Shown: positions 12,891-23,660 of the stretch, in pieces
Position numbering within the stretch: position 1 is the stretch's first letter
How the letters are laid out: every line of letters starts with the position of its first letter
Assembly: GCA_051294905.1 (NCBI GenBank)
Contig: CM119386.1
Coordinates: forward strand, 22,320,001-22,384,000
Origin: Botryllus schlosseri
Taxonomy: Eukaryota
Direction of reading: 5' to 3'
DNA: 64,000 nucleotides
The notes under the pieces: generated by a model
Database searches by the model: none
The model's input: only the letters and a program-made list of their open reading frames with translations
Told to the model about the DNA's origin: nothing
Position numbers and translations under genes: made by a program

Positions 12891-13753
12891 CAGGGGCGGC
12901 CCACATTTCTAGTCCGCGGGCCGTATATAGGAAAATTAGGTACTTGGCGGGCCGGATTGCTGAATCTATCTTGTTCGCCCATTTATCCACATATACAAGG
13001 AATGAATCATATTCGTTTTCAATTAATGTAGTTTAGCGAGAGCAACGTCACGTCACCGCCATTGTTAGCCGCTAACGACGAGGACAATGTGGATTTGAGT
13101 ATACAGGCGCCACCATGTGTGGTTTCCACTGATCAATCAACACACGGTGCCAGCCTAATTATGATTTCGAGACGTTTGATAACTCCTGTAGCCTACCCCA
13201 AACTTACAAAGAAATTCATGAGGGTTGAGTAGGTGACGTGATAGCGTTGTTATTCAACTGTATGGTGTAATTAATCTCGATATTGAATTCAATCGGCCTG
13301 CGTCTTATGCGAAATTTGAATAGTGTCCCGTTTTGGAGTTGCAATCCTGGCATACGCGGTATCTTACAAAAACCTAGAGGTGTGCCGACATACATCACGG
13401 CAGTTACGGGATCTAAAATAAAAAATATCGGCCTGGTCCCAATGACCACTGTAGTCAACAAACACCATGATTACCACAGACGACATTAGGGTTGAGTACA
13501 TCGTAAATGCCGATAATGTATGCCTTCTCGCTGCGACGAACTTATGCGTAAGCGCCACTCTCGCACCCTGCGCATACACGTATCTATAACAACATTCAGC
13601 CACTCAGCTCGGACCTGGTATGCAAGTTGTGGGGAATCTCGGGCGCCTAAGGCTGAGGGCCACTATCATATATGACGAAAAACAGTCCGCGGGCCGAACA
13701 AAATCCTTTCGCGGGCTGGATCCGGCCCGCGGGCCATATGTTCCCCGCCCCAG
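12891..13753 (-). mobile_element. hAT-like MITE with GGCCCGCGGGCC subterminal motifs
   Basis: Ends CAGGGGCGGCCCAC and GGCCCGCGGGCCATATGTTCCCCGCCCCAG. The interior (GGGTTGAGTACATCGTAAATGCC...CGAACTTATGCGTAAGCG) is the reverse complement of 57690-58080. No convincing TSD. Confidence 0.55.
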
Positions 13754-16049
13754 TTCCTGTGAATGACTGTTTCATTGTTGTAAACCGCTAGAGGGCACTA
13801 GCTGCGTTACTATGATACCAAACACGCCTTGATTGAGCGTATAGCTGTAACTTAATCGCGATTTTAGCACATCGATGTATATTCGATGAAAAGAGTCGAC
13901 TTTAAATGGGGTAACTAGTACATCCGTAATATGAATTCCGAATTGAGCAACCGTGAAACATTGACTATTCAGTCACGGAGATTGGTACAGCACGATCAAA
14001 ATATCGTTCCGCTACCTGCCCGCGCTCACCGCCAGCTACAACATTTCGTAATTATTCTCATTAGGAATAAGTAATTGAATACAATATTCTGCACTAGGAT
14101 GAGTAGGTAGCCTGAAAATGTTCGGCACCGCATTCATACTGATAAATTTCACGGTCCTTCGTCACTGGTACCCACGCCTCGTAAGACGTAAACAGGTCAA
14201 GCTCATAGTAACTGAGAGGAGCCGAGTCCGCGATATCGACTGTTGGTGTTGCGTCATCAGTAATCAGCGGGAATCGTATCACAGTTGAACTGTTAGGCGT
14301 TGCGACGCACTGTATGTATGAATACTGTGAGCGGTGCGTTCGACATCACGTTTTTGGTGGCGAGTTTGATAGCCTTAGTCGGGCGTGCCTATGAACGATA
14401 AAGGTTTCGAACCGTAGTTAGGACGGCGGCAGCGTATTGTTTCCAGTGTAGCGGTAACAAAAAGTGATAAGGAAGGCGTTGGGGTCCGCAGGGCGGCGCA
14501 ATCCAGGTGACAGTGCGACGGCAAACGACAGTTGGGAGACGCTTTACAGGCTTTGCGTATTGATCGTGTGATAGCACGATAGGTCGAATGGAATATTGTA
14601 CGATGGTGCACACCAGAGACTTGCATGGTCTTCACGCCATTAGAAGCATATTGGAAAATTGTTGATTAAACTTTATGTGTCTAAAACGGTACGCGCGCGT
14701 TACTGTATGATCAATGCGTGAATGATGGGACGAATTGGTAATTTATATTGCCAATCGCTACACGCATTCATCGTTATAACTTTCTGTAATTCCTCTGCCT
14801 TCTTAACGGGAGCTGCCAGCAATGCTGCGCGAGCTACGGTCTGAAGACGCATGTGGCGGTTGGAAAATGAGAAGATTCAAAAATATTCGAGTGGGGCCTT
14901 TGAAGCAGGCACTTGGTTGCACGTCGTGCTATCCAAAATAGTCAGAGCTAAATACTCAAATATATAACAAAAAAACACAGACGTGTAAATTTGAAATAAA
15001 TACGGGAGTAGGAAGGGGCGTTGCATAACTAGCAAGTGCGACCGGTCAGAAAAAGAACAACAAAATGTAGGGGGTGACATCTGCGAGGCGTTTCTGGGGT
15101 TGTCGAGGTTGCCGATCACGAATATCGAATCATTTTCGACATATTGGCTATTGTTCAGCATGCATGTACGCAACTCTATATAAGACCAAAATCATTTCAG
15201 TTACCTTCGAATACTTCACTTGATGGTACGAAAACAGTACTGTCTTTGATAATCGGATACTGCACGTAAATATATAAGTTACTACGAAGCACCCTCGTGT
15301 CGTTTTCACTTATTCTATTAATGCTAAGATGGACCGGTGTGAAAGAAAAAGCAGATGGTCATACCTCAACCTGTACTTGTACGCAACGGAAACACATATT
15401 ATCGTATATTATTAGTCATCGTACCAACATTTTGGAACACTATAAAGCTATGTCATTCCTTCATGAAACGCTTAAATACGATATTCATATGCGCCTCGTG
15501 TCTTTCGATTTGGTATAGGTGAAGTGTATTTCGAATCACAAAACTGTGTATCAGTGAGATATCCTTATGAAAAGCCTAGTGTAAATGTGGAATCTTATAT
15601 CGATATCGCAGCTTTCAACGGAAGTAATCGTAATATATAGTAAATCAAAATCCTTGAATCTCGACACAGCACCCCATAACGGCATCAGTTGAAGGAATAC
15701 ATACAGTTGGTATAACATGTTATGACAGGGACGGACGACTTCTCCGGTCGGTAGGCAGGATCTAGAACAATGAAGCACTGGTTGTATCCGATTACTGAAG
15801 ATTGACATTGTAAAGCATAGCTTTATCGTGTGTTTTTCCACATATACAAGTATTCTACAGTATTGATCTAACCTTCGATCGTTGAGCATTTAGTATACAG
15901 ATATTGTTTATTCAGTTATTTGGAGCGGCTACTAAAGTCAATCATAGAGATATGGTAATCCAACTTTGTCAACTACTTTTTTGACATCTGGGTACATGTC
16001 TTATGCTGAGGCCTTTGCGAGTAACTACATGTGAATCTCGTTTTTATTA

Positions 16050-16230
16050 GAACGCGCCCTGACCAGTTTATGTTGGGATGAAGTCAGTACCTACAAGTCA
16101 CTAGCTATCTCGAGCCATTACAAATTGTCACTCGAGTTGGGTCACGTCAAGTCATTTGATTTGTTACGGTTACTCTGGTCAGTTCACGTCATGTCTCGAC
16201 TCTAGTCACTAGTCACGTCAAGTCGACCTT
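16050..16230. repeat. Fragment of a dispersed GACTCGAGTC/CAAGTCA-rich repeat family
   Basis: Clustered CAAGTCA/CTCGAG motifs. Similar clusters at ~16960-17030, 33120-33190, 34425-34945, 54800-55650, 61520-61770 and 62810-63070. Confidence 0.5.
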
Positions 16231-19049
16231 TCAAAATACCGTTCATGATTGAAAATCATCACATTGTGCCAACTTTTCAAATACAGATGGTCACCAATTT
16301 CTTCCGAATCGACGAACTTATATACAATTCGTGTGTTTCTTCCGAGTTTTTCCTACTATTTGTCGACTACTACGATAACTGGTACCAGAGTAATAATATT
16401 CATATTTATTTATCAAATGCCTACTTATATCACGGCCCATTCCTAGGCTTCGTGTAAGACACCGCGTACGCGAATTCGATGGCGAAAAGTAATAGAATGA
16501 AGACTTGCTTTTGATCGCAGAAAGCGTTGTATTTCACACGCATACACATAACTGCTAAAGTACCCAAAGAGAGCGGTGTAGCCTCATTCTATCAGCCAAT
16601 TTCCAGGATAACACACGGAACCTCGAAAAGTTTAAAATTATGTAGTTCAATATCGTACCCACCTATTCGACAGCGGTTTACAATTATACACATATGGTGC
16701 ATTAGTTTGATTTAAATTAGATACAGGGGCCTACTTGGGGTGGGCAAGGTTACGGTCACGTAAGCTGTTGTATACGCTCCGTTCACTGCGTTTGCGAGTA
16801 ATTTATTCGTGACAAAACGATTGAGGTATTGCAAACGTGTAGAAGACACACCGATTCAGTTACATAAATCACCGGATGACTTAGAATTGATCATACAATG
16901 TTGCCTGTAGTCACCGATATCTGTACATTTCGCAAGCGCCGAATCAGGACATTTTCCAAGATGAGTCGAGTCACGTCCAGTCATACGAAAAAAAAACACG
17001 TGAGTCATCCCGACACTGGTTCGTAGTAGAACTGTAAGTAGGCCCTAACCGAGCGAGTAGTTCAGGTCCATGTTTATCTGGTTCGCAGTTTGGCATTCAT
17101 GCTGTGACGCATATAATTTGTCAATAAATTGACAATCAACTTCCACTTTTCGAGTAAACCTCTCGGCGTGCCAAACAGAATGCCTTAGCGGGCCGAATCC
17201 GGCCTAATGGCCATATGTTGCTCGCTCCCATTCATATACAGGACTTCGGTTTCTTCGTTTTCGTGATATCCGCGAAACGCTATGACTTCAATCTATCTCA
17301 AACGCCGAAATAGATTGCTGCCGCTGTATTTTGAGTTGAAGTAGTGTTCAGTGTGTCAGAGGCTCAATTAGATTGAATTTCTACAATTTGTAGCACGACC
17401 GAACCGATTTAAGATATAGCTATGACATCGAAATGTGAGATTTGTTGCAACATAGATCCGTGAGTAACCTCCAAAACAACAACAACATCGATAAAGCTAT
17501 ACCATATCGAAATAGGCACTCGTCAGAGCCCCAAAATCACTCTGACTTTATCTACACGGAGATATGTACTGACCAGATGCATTTATCCGAGGGGACGTGC
17601 GTGGTTTGGATAGCGAACGCGGGAGCATTGAACACATCAGAATATCCGAGAAATCGCACCTATCTTGGCCGAACCGAACGGTCCACATCAGGCCGTACGT
17701 CGTCTGCATTGGTCAGGGGTGCGAAATTACGGCCCACGGTGCGCATGCAGCCCGCGAAACTGTTCTGCGCGATCCGAGAGAGCATGCAGCAATTTCATAT
17801 GGAGTATTGATTCAATTCGCACTAAACATGTAATGTTATCGCTCAAATTCATCAAATTGCTCGTTTTTTATGTAACCACGATAATCCTAAGGTTGCGGTT
17901 CTGAAACCGGGAGTGGACTTCCACACCCCCCCCCCTTTGAGGGGTGACAGCATATGAACAGAAGCGCGAAACTGATATAAAGTAACACTTATGTTCGCGC
18001 TTACCGGGTCCCACTTCCCGTTCATACTGGTTGCTCTGTTTCAGTCAGAATTTCATGTTTCACAATTTGCCATCCACTCTCGCTACTTTCCATGCCATAT
18101 AACTATGCGTTAGGTATGCCAGCATTCGTTGCGTTTTGTGAAATGACGATATAGGGAATGTGGGCTATGTTATCATCACAATGGGGTGGGTGGCGTGTCT
18201 TGAAAAGTTTGGAAGCCATTTCAGTAAGGTGACTAGTTCGTATATCATTTCGTATGTTCGCGTTATGCCGCTACAACCATATCTCAAGGCCACCGCATGT
18301 AGCAAGGTTTCAACTGCTGAACTTCACAGAAATCTTAAGCGAGATTCACGTTATTCGGACTATTTGTGTATCATTACTTACTGATCAAGCCAGTTTTAAC
18401 ATTTGAGTGACGTGCTTAGTGACAACGATTCGCGCGTGTGTTCGGCAGCTTCGTTATCTGTGCGCGCAGAGTTAGGGTATATATATGTTATTGACACATC
18501 TTAGAAGCGTTCTTGAATCAACTACAAATTGGTCTAGTGGTCAGTCAACTTTGACATAAAACATTTATTTTCGACAACCCCTTGGCCGATTTCCACGTTA
18601 TTGTAGTTGGATCACGCGTTTATATACCCTCGTTCGGAGCAGGGAACGCAATCCATTCACGTCGCAGCGTCGGCTCGTGCCAGTACGTTGTCCTCTATCT
18701 GCTCTCGCAGTTTGTACTATTTCTATGCTGCGAAATGCTTGGCATAGAAAGACTCGTTGAACATCAACGTTTTGTAACGTGACTCTCTGTGCCAGTACAG
18801 GATACGTCCAGTGGGACTTTAAGAGATCGCATCATATGACACTGTTATAGTGAGCGAGACTCGGCTCTCCGAATCGGTTCCTAGCGCGTCAGGCGATTCC
18901 TAATCGCATCGTTCAAGTGCTAGATTTTGCCTATGCATAGACGCGAGAATATTGTGGCTCACCAAGTTCAACTCAGAAAAAACAGCGGCTTGTAACCGAT
19001 CCTGTTGTGTACCGTTTATTCAGATCATCGAATAATTTATGATAGTAAA

Positions 19050-22000
19050 ATGAGTGATAGAAAACACCAGTGCGAAGAGGAAACGCCGGCACAGCAGGTC
19101 AGCACCGAGTCGGCAAACAATGAAGAGGAGGAGGCCTCACCAACGACACACGTCTTCGAGCAACCGTGTACTTCTGGCCAGGCCTTGGACGGGGATATTC
19201 GGCGTGAGGACATCAGGCAATGCAACGTCCGGTTCTTTTGGCTTGACGCCTTTGCAGACGAAGGTCGGCAGCCGGGAGTTGTCACGTTAGTAGGGAAAAT
19301 GTTTGATCCGAAGAGCCAAATGCATGTCAGTTGCCGCGTTAGCGTGCGCAATATACAACGCAACGTGTTTTTCGTGCCTCGCGCGAAAAGAGTACACTCC
19401 TCCGAACCTGTGACTATTACCGACGTCTGCAGAGAAGTGCGAGCAACGATCCCTGCGCGTTTTGCAATTGGCAATTTTGTGTCGTCTGTTATCGAGAAGC
19501 AGTATGTATTCGGCGATTCCGATACACCGAAGCATAGCGACCTGTTGCTTATCAGATATTCTTCAAGGTTTAGCCGCTTGCCAAGGGATTTAGTTGGCGA
19601 CACGTTTTGTCGCGTCATCGGAACACAACAGAGTGCTGTGGAATCGCTGTTGCTACGACGGGGACTTCGCGGTTCTTGTTGGATCGAAATGCAACGTTGC
19701 CACAACGACAATTCGCCGGCAGCTGGGTGCAAGCTGCAATTCATTGTCCACTCCCCGATGCAGATCAGACCACTTCCAGATATCCCGCCTCCCCCATTAG
19801 TTGTGATGTCGCTGGCACTTAAAACACGCCGCAATCCGACTAACAGTGACACAGAGGTCATCGCTGTCGCCGGAAGGATTCGCGATAACTTCATGCTGAC
19901 GCAAACAGAAGAAGAGTCGCCTGCGAGCAGCGTGTTCTGTTGCTTGAACGTACCTGCTGATCAGCAGCGTCAGGTGGGATTCCGCGACAATCTCAAGAAA
20001 GTGGAAGGCGGTGTCAGAGTGGCTCCATCCGAAACGTTCCTACTTCGATTTCTCGTCGCAAAAATGAGGACGACAGATCCAGACGTGGTTGTCGGTCACA
20101 ATCTAGAGCGTATTGGCATCCCGTTGATAGACTCCAGATTGAGTGCGTGTCAATTCAACGATCTAACCTCTGTCAGGCGGTTATGCTGCACGAACCCTGA
20201 TGCTTTCGTGTCTCGTTGCGCCGCGCGGGAGTATTTTATAACGTCTGGGCGGATATTGTGTGACGTCGAGAAATTAGCACGGGAAGCAATCACCTGTGAC
20301 AGCTACGGGCTGTCAGATCTCGCGAGAATACTGTTGAAAATCGACACGGTGGACGACTCACTGGAAAGGTATTCTCCTTCACGCAGCGACACAGGCGCTT
20401 GGACTGATGTGCTCCGGTGCGCCTTGCTCGACGCTACGTACTCGCTGAAAATAGCTGACGCGCTTGACGCGGTTCCCGTTGCATACCGACTAAGCACTGT
20501 CGTTGGGACCAGCTTGGCCGGCACTCTGGTTGAGGGTATTGCGGCGAGAACTGACAGTTTTCTGATGCACGCATATCACGCCCGAGGTTATCTCATCCCG
20601 GACAGACCTACTGAGCACATTAGCGCGGGAAGTAGTCGTACGCCAGAGTACCGAGGCGGCTTGGTTATTGACCCCAAAACAGGAATGTACCCGAACTGTG
20701 TCATTGCTTTAGACTTCAGCAGCATGTATGCGTCACTTATCGTAGAGCATAACATATGCTTTGTAACGTCGGACCGGCTACGGAGTCTGGGACCTGACCA
20801 AGCCATATCGTTGCGTGTTGCTGCGCTTACCGGACGGGAAAAACGCGCTGGGGTCTTGCCGGCAGCTGTCGATGAGGTTATCGCGATGCGGCGTCAGATA
20901 CTCGGTCTTATATCGGACGCCGAATCGAATTCCGGTAAGCGCCAACGTTTGGCGTATCACGCGCACGCACTTAAAATGGCGTTTAACAGCGTGAGTGGGT
21001 GTTTAGGGTCGAGGAAATCTCGTTTCCACTCTCTACCCTTGGCTGCCATGATCACTCAGTTTGGCCGGGACACATTGATGCGCACGAAAGAACACGCGGA
21101 GGAACGTGGTTTCGAGGTCATTTACGGTGACACCGATTCTATTTTTATCGACACAAAATGTCCCGATTACGAGCAGGCGGCAGCCATAGGCCGAGACTTT
21201 GCCACCTCTGTCAACGAGTCGTATCGCGTTTTGAGACTGAGACTCGATAGCGTGTACAAACCGTTGATCATCTTCCAAAAGAAGATGTACGCGGGTGTTA
21301 AAAGACGGCCCCCATGCGGCGAACATCGGGCAGAGACGATCGAATCGAAGGGCCTTTTCACGACGCGACGGGATTGCCCAGAATTGGTGAGATCGGTAGG
21401 TCGGTACCTCCTATCTGAAATCATGTCGTGCCAGTCCAAAGACGCTTTGGTTGACAAGATAAACAGGAAGCTCGACGAGGTTGCACACGTTGCTAGGAGC
21501 GGAGGTCACCCCGCGAATATGTACGTCATTCGCAAGCGTCTTAGGAAAGATCCCAAACGGTACATGAAGGTCAATATGCCGGAACACGCAGCAGTCGCAG
21601 TGCGTCTCAACAGGACAACGCAAACCGGGTTCAAAGCGGGCGACGTCGTATCCTATGTCATGTGTGCTGAAGAGTGCGACAGTGAGCTGCGCCCGAGAGC
21701 ACTCAGCATCGAAGAACTGCTTCAAAGTAGTTCCTCCGTCATCGATGTTGAGCACTACCTGTCTAGGCACATGCGTCCGCACATCACGCGACTTTGCGCT
21801 TATGTAGAAGGGATGAGTGCCACGCTTATAGCGGCACGGCTCGGAGTTACCGTCGCGGTGACTGCAAAAGCTAACGTAAAGTCTCAGACAGAGGGATCTG
21901 TTCCCGCACGATTCACGTGTCCGGAATCTGGGAAGGTCATTGTATTCGACAGTAGCGTGTTCGTCGAATCAGCTCCGTCATGGAGACCCAGCCTGTCACT

Positions 22001-22439
22001 GGCTTGCGGACATGGGAACGCGAAATGCGTCAACAACTTTATCACGCACTTCCGTAATCAGTTGGTTCGACAGATTCAAGAAGCTATCGACCGTTACTAT
22101 CTGAATTGGATGATATGCGACGCAGATAGCTGCCGTCACAGGACACGGTTGAGTCCTGTGACGGCACCCGGACACGGACCGAACTGTCCTCATTGTGAAG
22201 TTGGCACCCTGCGTTTGGAGACTTCGGCCAGACAGCTGTATCATCAACTGATGTTCTATCGCAGGCAGTTCGATGTAGATAGTAGCCTCAACGCCATGGA
22301 GGAAGAAGGTGATCGCTCCTTAGCCGCCGATGAAGTGCGTTATCTGCGAGAGTCTTATTTGTCTTTGACTGGTGTCGTGGACAAGTACCTTATGGTCAAC
22401 GGGTTCCGCCAACTTTGCATGGCCGAAATATTTACGTGA
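19050..22439 (+). CDS. POLA1: Divergent, intronless DNA polymerase alpha catalytic subunit-like protein (family B), 1129 aa from the first ATG
   Basis: Colinear with Pol alpha as recalled: FFWLDAF...QPGVVTLVGK...SCRVSVRNIQR, PPPLVVMSL, DPDVVVGHN, GRILCDVEK, YRGGLVIDPKTG, motif A DFSSMYAS (20712-20735), motif B KMAFNSVSGCLG (20973-), motif C YGDTDS (21123-21140), KAGDVVSYVMC, IDVEHYL, and a CTD Cys cluster WMICDADSCRHRTR...CPHC. First ATG at 19050 (aaaATGa); the ORF track starts at an upstream TTG (19005). POLA1-like paralogue; orthology not established. Confidence 0.96.
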   Translation: MSDRKHQCEEETPAQQVSTESANNEEEEASPTTHVFEQPCTSGQALDGDIRREDIRQCNVRFFWLDAFADEGRQPGVVTLVGKMFDPKSQMHVSCRVSVRNIQRNVFFVPRAKRVHSSEPVTITDVCREVRATIPARFAIGNFVSSVIEKQYVFGDSDTPKHSDLLLIRYSSRFSRLPRDLVGDTFCRVIGTQQSAVESLLLRRGLRGSCWIEMQRCHNDNSPAAGCKLQFIVHSPMQIRPLPDIPPPPLVVMSLALKTRRNPTNSDTEVIAVAGRIRDNFMLTQTEEESPASSVFCCLNVPADQQRQVGFRDNLKKVEGGVRVAPSETFLLRFLVAKMRTTDPDVVVGHNLERIGIPLIDSRLSACQFNDLTSVRRLCCTNPDAFVSRCAAREYFITSGRILCDVEKLAREAITCDSYGLSDLARILLKIDTVDDSLERYSPSRSDTGAWTDVLRCALLDATYSLKIADALDAVPVAYRLSTVVGTSLAGTLVEGIAARTDSFLMHAYHARGYLIPDRPTEHISAGSSRTPEYRGGLVIDPKTGMYPNCVIALDFSSMYASLIVEHNICFVTSDRLRSLGPDQAISLRVAALTGREKRAGVLPAAVDEVIAMRRQILGLISDAESNSGKRQRLAYHAHALKMAFNSVSGCLGSRKSRFHSLPLAAMITQFGRDTLMRTKEHAEERGFEVIYGDTDSIFIDTKCPDYEQAAAIGRDFATSVNESYRVLRLRLDSVYKPLIIFQKKMYAGVKRRPPCGEHRAETIESKGLFTTRRDCPELVRSVGRYLLSEIMSCQSKDALVDKINRKLDEVAHVARSGGHPANMYVIRKRLRKDPKRYMKVNMPEHAAVAVRLNRTTQTGFKAGDVVSYVMCAEECDSELRPRALSIEELLQSSSSVIDVEHYLSRHMRPHITRLCAYVEGMSATLIAARLGVTVAVTAKANVKSQTEGSVPARFTCPESGKVIVFDSSVFVESAPSWRPSLSLACGHGNAKCVNNFITHFRNQLVRQIQEAIDRYYLNWMICDADSCRHRTRLSPVTAPGHGPNCPHCEVGTLRLETSARQLYHQLMFYRRQFDVDSSLNAMEEEGDRSLAADEVRYLRESYLSLTGVVDKYLMVNGFRQLCMAEIFT

Positions 22440-22691
22440 CGTCGTTACCGTACTCGCCCTGCATTCCCGCTCACTTCGGACAAGGATCATGAACAACAAT
22501 ACGGTAATTTTTCTCCGAAATACGATTTAGGATTATTTAATTGTAATTGGCCTTCCTGGACTCCTAAAAACAAAAAGCCTTGTGCGCTCACTCTCGCGTT
22601 GCCAGGCTATGAGGCGAAATTGCTTGGAATTGACCAAGCTTTACGGCATGCTGCGATAACAATTTACGACGCGTAATGGTGACATATGTGG

Positions 22692-23660
22692 TAGGGATGG
22701 TGTGAACGTGAGGTTCACGTTCGCGTTCTGTGTGTGAACCTCGGAAATTTTGAGGTTCGCGTTTACAACAGAACAGTGGTCGGTTCTGCACTGTGAACCT
22801 TTTTCATATATATTACAATTTTCACTTCATTATAACTTCTTTGGTTCACATTTATTGCATTTCAACTGCGAACCGCTCTATGCATGGCACTGGCGGCATA
22901 AACGATCAACACCTTGACAATTTCAAAAATTTTACTTACTTTCTAACAAAAGTTTGCTCGAAATATCCAGCTTTCCGTTTGTGAATATTTAGTGACTCTA
23001 TGCTGTGAGCTTGACCGGCAATCACACAATATCAAGAGCGAACTACACTACATGTAGATAGCGAATGATGCTTATTCAATCGATATCGTTTTCTGATGTA
23101 AAAATCTAGTATCGTACGGGGTCAATCTTGTCTTCACATGTTTGCTGTATCATAAAACCAAATCCGTGCGATTAGGGTGTTGGCTATTGTTGTATAACTT
23201 GTTAATGGAGTAATAGCGGTACAGCAAGTATAGAAACCCGTTTTACACTCTGCGCAATATCCATGTAGCAATACTCAGACGCCGAATACAGTTTCGGGTC
23301 GGGCCTAGACCGTTAAGGCGTAAGCTTACAGTGCCTGGCAAGTCCTCGTCGAAATTGTTGGCGAAGGGACGGAAGATATTGATTTATGGGATTATTATAT
23401 CATTTGATTGCCTCAGTTGATACATTTAGCGACGTTTAACACGTCAATATGTACTTCAGCATTGTGCCATTATGTGGCGCGAGTCGTCGCTGGGTATCGT
23501 GTACATTAATATAGGCTATCACTTCATTGAAATATAGGGTTGGAATTAGCAATATGACGTCACGTGACGTCATGAGGTTCACTTCGCGTTCACACAGAAC
23601 CTTTCAATAAGGTTCGCGTTCACACGAACCTGAACCTTTCGGAGGTTCACACCATCCCTA
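22692..23660 (-). mobile_element. Non-autonomous hAT element, TAGGGATGG-end family, copy 2 (inverted relative to copy 1)
   Basis: Same 16-bp TIRs as 8721-9665. Perfect 8-bp TSD ATATGTGG (22684-22691 and 23661-23668). Interior homologous to copy 1 in reverse orientation. Confidence 0.92.

Noticed and set aside
19005-19049. TTG start for the polymerase given by the ORF track
   Set aside because: In a eukaryotic context the first ATG at 19050, in an aaaATG context, is the more plausible start.
20991-21006. GTGAGT in motif B as a possible intron donor explaining the Tyr->Ser change
   Set aside because: The protein stays colinear with Pol alpha directly through this site (GCLGSRKSRFHSLPLAAMIT), so no intron fits.
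19037-22247. Overlapping ORFs inside the Pol gene, including the 285-aa minus ORF 19037-19894
   Set aside because: They are antisense or alternate-frame shadows of a GC-rich CDS, Ser/Leu-rich with no motifs.
8721-23660. A single 15-kb composite transposon carrying the Pol gene, bounded by the two TAGGGATGG MITEs
   Set aside because: Each MITE has its own perfect and different TSD, and the outer flanks (ATACATAG versus ATATGTGG) do not match, so they inserted independently.
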